In this document: positions 1-12,106 of the stretch, piece by piece
Layout of the letters: each line of letters starts with the position of its first letter
Numbering within the stretch: the stretch's first letter is position 1
Assembly (NCBI GenBank): GCA_963785305.1
Contig: CAWAUV010000005.1
Span: 672,001-736,000, forward strand
DNA length: 64,000 bases
Direction of reading: 5' to 3'
From: an uncultured Planctomycetaceae bacterium
Lineage (GTDB): Bacteria > Planctomycetota > Planctomycetia > Pirellulales > PALSA-1355
Notes under the pieces: model-generated
What the model was told of the DNA's origin: nothing
Databases searched by the model: none
The model's input: the letters and a program-made list of their open reading frames with translations, nothing else
Program-made: the position numbers and the translations under genes

Positions 1-250
1 AGGGTTCGGCTTGGGTTGTCAGTTGAATATAGGTGGGCGCGAACGATGGGCTCGCGCTTGCCGCGGGCGTTGAAGAATTGGCCGCCGACACGAGGACCGC
101 CGCTAGCGAGGAGATCGCGGCCGAATCCGTCGCGGTCGCGGCAAGCAGCCGGCGGGCCTCGAGGAATTCGACGCCGAGCCGACGAAGGCGCTCGGGCGCG
201 ATTCGGTCGCGCGGCGCCGCTGTTGCGCGTCGCATGCCGCGATTGAACAT
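1..250 (-). CDS. N-terminal part of a Planctomycete extracellular protein (LExRxLL leader), continues beyond window edge
   Basis: Manual translation from ATG at 250 is open to position 1: MFNRGMRRATAAPRDRIAPERLRRLGVEFLEARRLLAATATDSAAISSL...; RRLxxExLExRxLL is the Planctomycete extracellular leader motif. Confidence 0.75.
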   Translation of the reverse strand, partial: MFNRGMRRATAAPRDRIAPERLRRLGVEFLEARRLLAATATDSAAISSLAAVLVSAANSSTPAASASPSFAPTYIQLTTQAEP

Positions 251-543
251 GCCAGCCGCCTCTGAACCGATTCCGAGAAATCCGCCGCGGAAAAGCCGAT
301 CGGCAGCCCGCGCGTCGCCGTTCCAACGACAAGCGAGCCGAGAATGGGAGTGAACTCGCGCCCCGGTCCGCCACGAACCAATGCGGCCAGGACGGAGACA
401 TTCTACCAACAGAAATGCGTTGTTGTCCAAGAAAAACGCCGCGAGAAAAGCCGCGAAGTGGTTTCCCGCCCGAGATGGCGCCGCGGAAAAAAAGGCCGCC
501 GTAAGCCAGCGAAACTGCCCGACGCTTCCAAGAGTCTAACCAA

Positions 544-582
544 CAACTCCCCCTCTCCTCGTATGAGAGAGGGTAGGGAGGG
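544..582. repeat. REP-like palindromic repeat (CCCTCTCC...GAGAGGG family), copy 1
   Basis: CAACTCCCCCTCTCCTCGTATGAGAGAGGGTAGGGAGGG forms a hairpin; similar copy at 30621-30659; lies just downstream of a stop codon. Confidence 0.55.
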
Positions 583-607
583 CCCGTCGAGGTTCTCGGA
601 CAGGCTG

Positions 608-3600
608 CTAAGCGACATTCACCGCGCGGCGCCGAGCGAGCCACAATCCCAAACCGCCGAGTCGCCATGCTTGCCAAGGCCCACGACGATGGTTCGGGCA
701 CGATCGTGAGCACGACATCGTTGTTGCCCGAGGGGCCGAGGTAAGTGAGCGTGTAGGGCAGCGATTGGCTGCCGGAGGTGACGCCCGAGGCGGTGAAGGA
801 GCCATTGCGGCTGCTCGGATCGATCAGCAGATAGCTTTGCCCGACGGCGACCGTGCCATCGGCGCTCGACGATGAGCGTGGCGCCGGCGCTCGAGCCGCC
901 GAGTCCGTCAAGATTCACGATGCTGCCGTTGGCATTGAGAAACGCATAACCGCCGGTCGGAGCGCTCGATCCATTGAAGCTGGTCACGGCCATGCCCGAG
1001 GTGAGGCTCACATCGAACTGACTCGCGCTGCCGGCGAGCGTGAGCGCGGTTCCACCATTGGCGCCGCCGTTGGTCGTGACACTCAGCGTGCTATTGGCCG
1101 GGGAAACAGCGCCATTGGCCGGGTTGTAGCCGGGAACAAAGATGCCGCCGGCCGCGACGGTGACGCCGCTGGTGGCGGTGGTGGCGAAATTGATCGCGCC
1201 GGAGCCACCCAGCGTGGCGCCACTGGCGACGCCATAGTTCCCGGCATAACCGGTCGCCGAGCCATGCACGCCGTCGACATAGAGCGCGCCGGCGCCGATG
1301 GTCGTTGCGCCGGTGTAGGCATTGGCGCCGGTGAGCGTGAGCGCGCCGGCGCCGAGCTTCGTGAGCGTGCCGCCGGGGTTCGTGGTGGAGTCGACTAGCG
1401 GCTGGGCGATGGTGATATTGAAATTATTGGTGTTGATGTTGGCGCCGTTGGGCGTGAGATAGGCATGGGTGAGACCGCTCATGTAGGCGGCGCTCGAGGC
1501 ATAGGGCAACAGCGTGCCGCCATCGAAGGTGATCGTCGAAGTCGAGCCGGCGCCCAGGGCATTGGTGGCGAAGGCGGGCAAAGTCACTTGGGCCGTGCCG
1601 CCGATCGTGATCGCCGCGGAGCTATTGGTTCCGCCGGCGATCGTCTGAAAGCTTTGGGCGGTGAAGGTTCCACCGGTGAGCGTCATCGTGGCGATATCGT
1701 TCGTCGCGCCGTTGACTCCGCCGATGCTCAAATATTGGACGCTGGCCGTGCCGCCGGTTTGGTTGAAGGTGTCCGTCGTGTAGCTTTGCGCGCTGTCGTT
1801 GCGACCGATCGCAAGCTCCGCGGTCGGCATATAGAGGTTGCCGGTTCCACTGAGGTTGAACGTGGTCTGAGCATAGGTGTTCACGCCCATCATCACGCCG
1901 CGAGCAGCGGTCGAGGGCGCCCCTGTGAGCTCGCCGCCGCTGAGATTGAAGACCGCCGTGCTCTCGCTCGTGGTTGAGCCGCCTGAATTACCCAGCAGCA
2001 ATCCCAAATTGGAGGAAACGGTCACGGTTCCGCCGGTTTGGTTGACGATGCCCGTCGCCGAGCCGCCCGAGCCCACGAACAAGCCGCCGCCGCCGCTCGC
2101 CACGGTAACTGTGCCGCTCTGCAAATTCAGCGTGCCGGTTGAGCCGCCTACATTGCCCACGGTGATATTTGGCGCTCCAATCGAGATGTTTTCATTGGCC
2201 AAGCTGAGCGTGGCCGCGCCGATGGTGATCGCTCCGCTGAATGTCGTCGCGCTGCTGCTCGATGTCCAGGTTCCGCCATTTACCGTCAAGCCGCCAGTAC
2301 CCGTGATTGCCCCACTGATCGATCCGCCACCCGAACCGGTAAGCGTAAGCAGGTCGCCGGAATTGGTTACCGCGCCGTTGATCGCGACGGGAGTCGTGCT
2401 GTTGTTGGTCCAGGTTTGGGCCGCGCCGAGCGTGACCGGAGCGCTGATCGTCACTTGACCGGCGCCGCTGGCGACCGTGAATCCCGCCGAAGTGCTAAAC
2501 GCGGCGGTTCCCGAGATCGTCGTGGCGCCCGAGCCGGCGAAGGTGAGCAAATTGGCGCCCGCGGCAATGCCGCCGCTGATGGTCATGGCATTGCTGCTGT
2601 TATTCGTCCAAGTTTGGGCGGCGCCAACCGTGACCGGAGGCGCTGATTGTCACATGCCCCGCGCCGCTGGCGACCGTGAATCCCGCGGAGGTGGCGTAGG
2701 CCGCCGTGCCCGAAATCGTGGTGGCGCCCGAGCCGGCGAAGGTGAGGAGGTTGGTCCCGGCGGTGACGCCATCGCCCAAGGTGAGCGTGGCGGCGCCGCT
2801 ATTGGTCCAGGTCTGCGGGCCGCCAAGCACGATCGGCAGATTGAGGGTCACGGCGTTGGCGCTCGCGTCGGTGATGCCGGGGTTGTTGACCGTGTCGGCG
2901 TTGATCGTGAGCGAGTTCGTGTCGGTCAGGGTCACGGCGCCGACGCCACTAAGAAAGTTCAGGCTGTTGATCGTGTAGGCTTGCCCCAGACTGCTGGAAA
3001 GATTGGTTGGCGAGGGCGATGTGGTGGCGTAGTAAACATCGGTCACGGCGCCGGCGCCAGCCGAAATCGCGGTTCCGCCCGAGGCGCTCGTGTTGAAGTT
3101 CGAAAGGCCCGAATTCCAAGCCGAGCCCGCGGCGCCGGTCCAGTAGGCTTGGTCCGTGCCCACCAGCGGCGTCACATTCAGCGTGACGGCGGTCGGGGTT
3201 TCGGTGAGGCTCAGCGTGTAGGGAACTCCGTTGAAGTAGACCTTGTTGTCGGTGAGCGAGATCGGATTGGTGTTCAGCGTCGAGCCCGATCCTCCGGAGA
3301 TCAAGGTCACGCCGCTGGGACCCGTGTAGGCGCTGCCGCTGCCGAACTGGCCGATCGTGATGGTTTCGTTGGCGCTGGAAATCGTGGCGTTGCCGACGGC
3401 GGCGAGCGTGTCGGCGGTGCTCGGACCGAGATCAAAGGCCATGTTCTTCGCGCCGATCGAGGCGGCGCCGGCGACGTTGAATGTGCTCGCGATGCCGTCG
3501 GCCATGGTGAAATTCGATCCGGCGTTGAGGGTGAGGCTGCCGGCGAGGGCATTGGTCGCGGCCGCCACGCCCGGCTCGACGGCCAAGGTGGCCCCGCTCG

Positions 3601-6600
3601 AAACGGTCACGTTGCTGATGTTGCCATTGGCGCCGCCGCCGTAGCTATTGATGCCGGCGGCGATATTGGCGCCATTGCCCAGAATCAGGGTTCCGGCCGA
3701 AACAGTGGTGGGGCCGCCGTAATATTGGGTGGTATTGAGTTCCCAAGTTCCGACGCCGGCCTTGTTCAAGCTCGTGGCCGATCCGGCTTGATCCGTCAGC
3801 TCAATCGAAAATGTGTTGGCGCCGGTGTTCGATCCGATCAGGTTCAACGTTCGCGCGCCGGGCGAGTCGTATAGATTGATGTTCGAGCCGCTATGGGTGA
3901 AGCTGAGGGTGGCGCCGGGGTTGGAACCCGAGGCGTCAATTGTGTTTCCGGTCCCGGCGTAGATTCGGATTTGGCGGTTGGTGCTTTGGGCGGTGGCGCC
4001 CGTGTACTGAAGAGTGCCATTGACAATGTGGATGCCGATGCCATCGCCCGAAGCGGTTTCGGCCGCGGCGGTTCGGGCGCCCAGGCTGCTCGTGACGCCA
4101 TAGTTCGTCAGCGAGGCGACATTCACCACCACGCCGGCATTGATATCGACCACTCCGGTGAATGTGTTGGCATTGCTCAGGGTGGTCAGGCCGGTGGCGC
4201 TGATCGTCAGGCCGCCGGAACCGGAAATAACTCCGCCCAGGGTTTGGGCCCCGGCGCCCGCGAGCGTGAGCGTCGACCCGCCGAGATTCACATTGCCGCT
4301 CACGGTCGAAGTGTTCGCGCTATTGTTGGTCCAGGTCTCGCTCGCGCCCACGGTCACGGGAGCGCTCACCGTGAAGGCGCCCGCGCCACTCGCCACCGTA
4401 AAGCCAGCCGACGTGCTGAAGGCGGCGGATCCGGAAATCGTCGTGGCGCCCGAGCCAGCGATCGTGAGCGCATTCGATCCGGCCGTCACTCCATCGCTCG
4501 CGGTGAGCGTGCTCGATCCGCTGTTGGTCCAGGTTTGAGGCCCGGCGAGCACGACCGGCAGATTCAAACTCACGGGATTCGAGCTGGCGTCGGTAATCCC
4601 GGCGTTTCCCGGCGAGCCGGCGTTGATCGTCAGGGCATTGGTGTCGGTGATCGCGACGGCGCCCACGGTGCTTAGAAAACTCAGGCTATTGATCGTGTAG
4701 GCTTGGCCTAGGCTGCTGGTAAGGAGATTGGCGGGCGCGGGCGAGGTGGTCGCATAGTACACGTCGGAGCCGCTGCCGGGCGTGGCGGCGAGGGTGACGC
4801 CGCCGGCGAGGCTCGTATTGAAGTTGGCGACTCCCGCGTTCCAAGCCGGGCCTGCGGCTCCGGTCCAATAAGCCGAAACTGGGGAGCCCGCGGCGATCAC
4901 CAGTTTTTCGGCGTTGGCCGAATTGACCAGCGACATCGCGTACCCAATGCCGTTCAGCACCATGTGCGCGTTGGTAAGCGCGAAATCGTTGGGCGAGTTG
5001 AGTCCGCCCGCCGTATCGCTAATGAGGGTGTAGTTTCCATTCGGGGCGCCGGCGCCCGCGTAATCGATCGTGATCTTGTTGATGTTCGACAAGGTGGCGG
5101 CGCCGGTGATTGCAAGCAGGTCGGTGGTCAAGGCCGAACCGTTCGAGGCGAGATCAAAGGTCATATTGGCGCCGGCAAGCGCGGCGGTTCCAGCCACGGT
5201 GAGCGTGCTGGGAGCGCCATCGGCCATCGAGAAGTTGCTGCCCGAACTCAAGGTCAGGGAGCCGCCCAGGGCATTGGTGGCCACGATGCCCGGCATCGGG
5301 GCGAGCGTCGCTCCGCTGGCGACGGTCACGGCCGTGGCGCCCAGACCGCCGCCGACGCCGAATGCCAATACGCCGCCCGAAACGGTCGTCGCGCCGGTGT
5401 ATGTGTTCGCGGCCGAAACCGTGACCGTGCCTGGGCCGGCGATCGTGAAGCCTCCGAGGCCGCTCATGACGCCACCGATGGCGATCGGGCCGGCGCCGCT
5501 GGTGGTCAGCGTCGTCAATTGATTCGTGATCGGTCCGCCGAGCGACAATGTGGCGGCGCCGGAGTTGCTGATCGTTTGGCTCGTTCCGTAAAAGTAGAGC
5601 GGCACATTGAGCGACTGGTTGTTCGCGCTGGCGTCGGTCAGGCCCGCGTAGAGCGTGAGGTTGTTCACGCTGTCGGTGATGCTGATCGAGGGCGAGTTAC
5701 TGGTGTAGTTGAGGCTGTTCAGCGCGTAGCTCTGCCCGAGCGACGTGATCGTTTGCGGCGATGTGGCGCCGCTACCGGCGGTGGCGGTGAAATAGAGGTT
5801 GTTGATCGACGTGGGCTGGGCGCCCAAATCCGGCGTGCCCGAACTGCTCGAGGAAAAATTGGTCACCGCGCCGGCGCTGGCCGTGGCGTTGAGCGTGGTT
5901 TGACTAGCGTTGCCGGTGTAATAAACATTCGAGATCGACGTGGCCGGCCCGACGACGAGCGTCTCGGCGTTGTTGGAATTGACGAGCGAAATGGGATACG
6001 TGTTACTCGCCACGGTCAGATATCCCTGGGTCAGCGTAAAATCTCCGGGAGCGGTGAGTCCGCCAGCGGTGTCGCTGAGCAGGGTGTAGCTGCCGGTTGG
6101 AACGCCCGCGCCGGTGTAGTTGATCTTGATGGCGTTCATATTCGACACCGTCGCGGCGCCGGTGATCGAAATCTGGTCGGTGGCAAGCGCGGACCCGTTG
6201 GTCGCGAGGTCGAACGTCATTTTGGCGCCGGCGAGCGAGGCGGCGCCCGCGACATCGAGTGTGCTGGGAGCGGTATCGGCCATGGTGAAGTTGCTGCCCG
6301 AGTTCAGGGTCAGCGAGCCGCCCAGCGTGGTCGTGCCCACGGCGCCCGGCGTCACGGCCAAAGTCGCCCCGCTCGACACCGTCACGGCCGTGGCGCCGGT
6401 GAGATTGCCGTTGGCGCCGAGTTCGAGCGTGCCGCTGGTGATGTTCGTGGCGCCGGAGTAGGTGCTTGTGCCGGTGAAGACTTGCGTATCGGCGCTCGGC
6501 AGCGAAACCGTCAACGCCACCAAACTCGGCGTCGTCGGCGCAATCGCGCCGCTAAATGTGCCGCCGACTCCGTTGAGCGTCAACGTCGAGGCGGTAACGC

Positions 6601-7772
6601 TTGAGTTGATCACCGATCCGGCGCCCACGAGTCCCCCGAGCGAATTCGTATCCCCTCCCAGATCGACAAATGCGCCGGAATTGATCGTGACCGCGCTCGT
6701 GATCGCATTGTTCGCGTAATTGAATTGGAGCGTGGTTCCGGCGCCGGTCACGGTCACGGCGCCGGTTTGAAAGGCGTCCCAGGGAGCGGCAAGCGTGTGT
6801 CCACCTTGGATCGTCACGGCTCCAGGACTGGCGGCGTTGCCGAACCCAGAGCCCGATGTGATGTTGCCGCCGGTGGTGTCGATCGTGCTCGTGCCCGAGA
6901 GAAAGTTGATTGGCAGGCCGCCGGAAATGCTTGTCGCCGCGGTGGAAAGCAGGGTGGCCCCGGCGAAATTCAATCCGACGCCGCCGCTGACGTAATTAAT
7001 GCCGCCCGCGCCCAGGGCAATTACTCCGCTGTTGAAATTTATCGTGCCGCCGCCGCCGGCGACCGTGAGGCGGCTCAAAGTGACCGTTCCGCTGCTGGCG
7101 ACCGTGAGCGTCGTGCCCGAGGCCATGGTATATTGTCCCGTGCCCGAGCTCGTGCCGGTGATGTTAAGGGTTCCGGCGTTGACGGCAGTCGTTCCGCCGT
7201 AGGTATCGGCGCCGGCCAGCGTCACCGTGCCGGCGCCCGCCGCGGTGATACCGCCCGCGCCGCTGATCGCGCCGCCGAAGGTGAGATTGCCGCCGCCGGC
7301 GGTGGTGGTGAAGGTTTGGGTCGCCGCGATGCTGAACGGGTTGTTGATCGTTTCGAGATTCGTGCCGCTATTGGTGATTCCGCCTGTGAGGGCAAACGCG
7401 TTTCCGGCGCCCGCGCCGGAATACGTGTTCGTTGTTCCATCGCCGATTACGAAGGCGGCCGCGCCGGAGCTGAAGGTGATGCCGGCGATATTGAAGGCAC
7501 TGCTCGTGAGATCGTTGTCGAGGTCGAGCCCGCTTGTGCCGGCGGCGCCGAATATCAAGGAATCGTTACTGCTCGGCAGAGTGTTGGCGCTTCCAGTTTC
7601 CGGCAATCGAGAAATTGCCGCTCGTGGCGCCCGACCAATAATCGCTTTGAGCGTGGGCGCGCAATGGGAAGCACATGGCGCTGATCGCGAAAAGCGCCCA
7701 GCAAAGCATGGCGCGCCGTGATCGCAATCGCGAATCCGAGCCGAACTTGTGGGAGTTCATCAAATCGAGCAT
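608..7772 (-). CDS. Giant autotransporter-beta-strand-repeat / beta-helix surface protein with C-terminal PEP-CTERM sorting signal (joined across about 4 frameshifts)
   Basis: Signal peptide ...LCWALFAISAMCFPLRAHAQ in ORF 7566..7955. G/T/S/A-rich repeats such as LTKLGAGALTLTGANAYTGATTI in ORFs 2600..7606 and 619..2586. VPEP at 690-701 is followed by SSWALASMA/LGGLGLWLARRRAVNVA* (stop 608). Frame breaks near 7597, 2640, 865 and 662. Confidence 0.88.
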
Positions 7773-8036
7773 CAACGGAACCTTGCGAGACGACGCATTT
7801 CGGGAAATTCTCGGCATCGGCGGGAATTCACAATCGGCCGCATCCGCCCAGATTCCGCGCCCGGCGCCGGTCAGGCTGAAAGACATGCGACGAAACCCGG
7901 GAGTAGCGGCGCCCCTCGCGAGGTTTTCGTCCGAACCGCCAGCCGCTTCAATCAAGCAGCATAGTTTGGCGGCAAAACCCCTGCAACCGTTTTTTTCGGA
8001 ATTAACAAAACTAATTATGGCCGCAAATCGCGGTCA

Positions 8037-9142
8037 TTAGAGCTCCGGCGGCGGGGCGGCTTCTGGCAGTTCGCGAAAGCTGTCGAGCGATTTGCGAATC
8101 TCGGCCTCCTGCTGCTTGAATGTCGCGGTCTCGCACACGACGCGAATCTCGTAGTTTCGCCGCGCGCGGCGAAGCGCCGTTCGACAATCGTCACCGGCAC
8201 ATCGCCGCGCTCGCTTTCGAGAACCGTTTCCAGGCCATTCGTCGCCCCCAGAGCCACGATGCGGCAGTCCACCATTCGCGCCGCGGGCTTGGCCTTGGCC
8301 GCGGCGGCGCCGGCGCCGGCTTGCAAAGTGGGCAAGTCGAGCGGAGCCCGCGCGCTGGCCGACACGCTCACATGGTCGACAAACACGCCATGCGCCGCGC
8401 CATGGGCAAACCATAGTGCCCGATCGCTCGCCCCGAACGACGGTTTCCATCCCTGGGGTGGCCGCAAACCGAATTGAAATTGCGGTTGGAGCCAGTAGCC
8501 ATCGGCCACGGCCGTGAGCCCGGCCTCGGGCGGCGACAGCCGGGCGCTGGCCACGAGATCGTCGAATTCTGCCCGGTAGGCCGCGAAATGGGCTTCATCG
8601 GTGATCAATGTGAAGGTGTAGAGCGTTTCTTGCCGCACGAGCCGTAGCGTCACCTCGAAGCGTCGCTCCTCGCCCGGCTCCACATTTGCGTCGAGCAGTT
8701 CCCACACCGTCGCCAACCGCTGCCGGTCGGGCGGGCCGTCGCCGCCTTCGATCGTGTCGCTCACGAGTTTGCGGCGCGGGTCGCCCGAATGTTGCTCGCG
8801 CTCGTTCTGGTCGCGATCGACTTTCTGGAAATCGGTCAGATTTTCCGGCGCCGAGGCCAATTCACAGCGCACATAGCCATCGGCGGAACTTTTTTCTTGC
8901 GGCAAATGCAAGACAAATGCCCGATCGTTCTCCGACCACTCCATCAGCCGCCAAGCGCCGGGCGCCGTGACCACGACTCCAAACCGCGGCGCTTCGATCC
9001 GCCTGAGGCCCTCTTCAGCCAAAGCCGGCGCCGCGGCGGCGCCGAAAACCGCGGCCATCGCCCAGGCGCCAAGGAGCGCCGAAGCCGCGGCCCAGGGAGT
9101 TCGGCGGCGTGATATTGTTTTCAAACGTCCGAAATGTTTCAT
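8037..9142 (-). CDS. Secreted hypothetical protein with two similar PsbP-like domains (frameshift near 8160)
   Basis: ORF 8015..9178 has a signal peptide (AAAAPALA) and a duplicated FGxxxPxxW motif; the C-terminus RNYEIRVVCE...LDSFRELP is in ORF 8037..8450. Confidence 0.6.
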
Positions 9143-9334
9143 CAGTGCGTCTCGACACAGGTCAATCGGTTCGGACAATGAACAGTCGGCCTAATCAACG
9201 GTGGCAAGTCGCCACGACGGATCGCTCCTGGACCGCGCGGTTTTCCCGCGCCTCGGGCAAAAGTAAATCGTTCGCCCGCTCCATGCTAAGCGATCTCGCG
9301 TCGGGCGTCGAACATTTCGCGTCGGCCGACGACC

Positions 9335-10438
9335 ATGATTTCGAAAATTTTCCTCCATGAATTCGTCATCGGCGGCGGTTGCTATTCCCTGCCCGGGTCG
9401 CCTGCGCCCGCTGGCTCACTCTTGGTCGAGGGTCTTTTGATGGCCCGCGCCGCGGCCGACGACCTGGCCCGACTCCACGGAATCGAAGTCACGACGCTTT
9501 GCGACGCCCGACTGCCTCGAGACCAATGGCCATCTGGCGATGCCGTTTCCGTCGCCAGCAGCCACGAAGAACGCCTTACTTTTGCCCAGCTTGCCGCCGC
9601 CGCCGATGCGACACTCGTGATCGCGCCCGAGATCGGCGGCGCGCTGCTCGAACGCACCGAATGGGCACTCGAGGGCGGCGGGCGACTCCTGGGGCCGGGG
9701 CCCGAGACCGTGGCGCTGGCCTCCGACAAACATCGGCTCGCCGAGCATCTTCTTAGCGCGAGTGTTTCGGCTCCGCGGGGCGAGATCATCGCGGCCGACG
9801 CCCCGCTGCCACGCGACTTCGATTACCCGGCCGTGCTCAAACCGCTCGATGGCGCCGGCTCGCTCGATGTGCGGCTTGTGCCCTGCTGGCGACCCGAAGA
9901 GCGCGGCTTGAATCGGCCCGCGCGGCTCGAGAAGTATTGGCCCGGCCAAGCGGCGAGCGTGGCGGTCGTGTGCGGGCCTGGCGAACGACTCGCGCTGCCG
10001 GCTTGCGAACAGCGGCAGGGCACGGGTTTTCAGTATCTTGGCGCGCGCACTCCGCTCGAAGCCCGGCTGGCCGCGCGGGCCAAGCAACTGGCGCTGGCGG
10101 CAATCGAGACGCTTGCGGCGCCGCGTGGTTACCTGGGGGTCGACCTCGTGCTAGGCGCTGCCGCCGATGGCTCGCAAGACGTGGTGATCGAAGTGAATCC
10201 GCGCCTGACGACATCGTACATCGCGCTGCGGCAGTCGCTCGACACGAATTTAATGCAGCTTGTGCTCGCGGCGCATGAAGGCCGACCGATGCGATTGAAC
10301 ACCCCCGGCCGCGCGGTACAATTCGATCTGCTCCTCGCGATGCCCGCGGAATCGCCAACGGAATCGCGGGTGGGGCGCGGCGGAGCGCCTGAGTTTCGCG
10401 GACCTTCGCATACCCTATTGCCCGAGTCGCGTCGATGA
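9335..10438 (+). CDS. ATP-grasp protein, MfnD / tyramine-glutamate ligase-like (methanofuran-type C1 cluster)
   Basis: SLLVEGLLM, LVIAPE, LASDK, VLKPLDGAGS, GYLGVDL and VIEVNPRLTTSY motifs; ATGA overlap with the next gene. Confidence 0.85.
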   Translation: MISKIFLHEFVIGGGCYSLPGSPAPAGSLLVEGLLMARAAADDLARLHGIEVTTLCDARLPRDQWPSGDAVSVASSHEERLTFAQLAAAADATLVIAPEIGGALLERTEWALEGGGRLLGPGPETVALASDKHRLAEHLLSASVSAPRGEIIAADAPLPRDFDYPAVLKPLDGAGSLDVRLVPCWRPEERGLNRPARLEKYWPGQAASVAVVCGPGERLALPACEQRQGTGFQYLGARTPLEARLAARAKQLALAAIETLAAPRGYLGVDLVLGAAADGSQDVVIEVNPRLTTSYIALRQSLDTNLMQLVLAAHEGRPMRLNTPGRAVQFDLLLAMPAESPTESRVGRGGAPEFRGPSHTLLPESRR

Positions 10439-11441
10439 AGTGGCTGGCGTTTGATATCGGCGGCGCCAAGCTGAAAGTCGCCGATGGAGACGGTTACGTC
10501 GCCTCGCACAACTTCCCATTGTGGCAATCGCCACAAGTCTTGGCCGAAACGCTGCGCGCGATGATCGCGCAAGCGCCGCGCGTTGATCGGCTGGCGGCGA
10601 CCATGACGGGCGAGTTGGCCGATTGTTTCGCGACCAAGGCCGAGGGCGTGAACTTTATACTCGGCGCCTTCTCGCGCGCCGCCGATGGACGACACACTCG
10701 AATTTATCTGACCAATGGTCGCTTGGTCGCCCTCCCGATCGCGCAGCGCCAGCCGCTGATGGTGGCGGCGGCCAATTGGCACGCGCTCGCGGCCTTCGCC
10801 GGAAAATTCGCCCCGCGGGCCCGCGATCTTGGTGGATATCGGCTCGACCACGACCGACATTATTCCGCTCGACGATGGCGCTCCCGCGCCCTGGCGCTAC
10901 CGATCCCGAACGGCTGGCCAGCGGCGAACTGGTGTACACGGGCGTCGAGCGCAGCCCGATATGCGCGCTGGTGCGCGAAGTCATGTGGCAAGGCAAGACG
11001 TGTCCCGTGGCGCAGGAGCTCTTCGCCACCACGCTCGATGCCTATCTCGTGTTGGGCGACATCAACGAGGAGAACCATTCCTCGCAAACCGCCGATCATC
11101 GTCCCGCGACGCGCGCTGCTGCGCTCGACCGGCTGGCGCGCATGGCCTGCTGCGACCGAACCATGTTCGACGAGCAAGACGCCCAATTGCTTGCCACGGC
11201 CGTGATGCGGGCCCAATTGCGATTAATCGGCGAAGGATTGCAAAAGGTGGTGGCTCGCATGAGCGTGCCCCCGGCCACGGTGGTGGTGTCGGGTCGTGGT
11301 GAATTCTTGGCGAAGCGCGCCGTGTCGCAAGCCAATTTGCCGGCGCCGGTGATATCGCTCGCCAGCCAGTTGGGCGCGGAGGTGTCGCGCTGCGCCACGG
11401 CCCACGCGCTGGCGGTGATCGCCAAGGAAGGTTCGCCATGA
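10435..11441 (+). CDS. H4MPT-linked C1 transfer protein, hydantoinase/oxoprolinase family, MfnF-like (frameshifts near 10820 and 10890)
   Basis: DIGGAKLK, TMTGELADCF..K.EGV, AAANWHA, VDIGSTTTDIIP, LVYTGVERSP and ELFATTLDAY motifs distributed over three frames. Confidence 0.85.
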
Positions 11442-12090
11442 CGGGCGTCGGCGGCCGGGCGGCATTGGCCGTGGCTCGGCCCGCGGCGTGGTGAAACTTG
11501 GCGGAAGCTTGTTGGCCTGGTCCGGAGTGGGCGACGCGTGGCGCAAGTGGATCAAGCGCGAGCCACCGGCGAAGACACTGCTCGTCGTGGGCGGAGGGCC
11601 TTTCGCCGACGCGGTTCGCGGCGCCGATGACGTGCATCGCCTCTCGGCTTGGGCCGCGCATGAACTGGCGATCGGCGCGATGTCGCTCTCGGCCCGCTTG
11701 GCGCGGTCGCTTTTGAACGATTGCGAACGATTGGCCAGCCACGCGGCGCTCGGCGCCTGGGCGGCAAAGCCTCGCGGGTCAGTCGGAATCGTCGATATCG
11801 ACGCGCTGCTGCAAGAAGCCAAGACGCGTGAGGCGCCGCTTGGTCGGTTGCTGGCCAGGATCGAGCCCTCGTGGGACATTACCAGCGATTCGCTCGCCGC
11901 CGCCGTGGCCCACGCTCTTGAAATCAACGCATTGATATTGCTCAAGAGCGACGATCCTCCGCCAGGCGCTTCGCTCGAGGAACTTGCGGCGGGCGGTTAT
12001 GTCGACCGTTATTTTCCCATCGCGGCGCGAGGGCTTGCGGTGCGCTGTGTTAATTTGCGAGTCGCGTCGCCCGACGCCTATTCACGCTAG
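11438..12090 (+). CDS. Amino-acid-kinase family protein, MfnE-like (5-aminomethyl-3-furanmethanol phosphate kinase)
   Basis: VVKLGGSLL, VGGGPFADAVR, PSWDITSDSLAA and GYVDRYF motifs; ATG at 11438 overlaps the previous stop, with a probable frameshift before 11488. Confidence 0.8.
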
Positions 12091-12106
12091 CGGCATGTGG
12101 CGTCGA

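Noticed and set aside
853..7721. Numerous long + strand ORFs over the surface-protein gene
   Set aside because: These are antisense shadows of a repetitive high-GC coding strand with no recognisable motifs.
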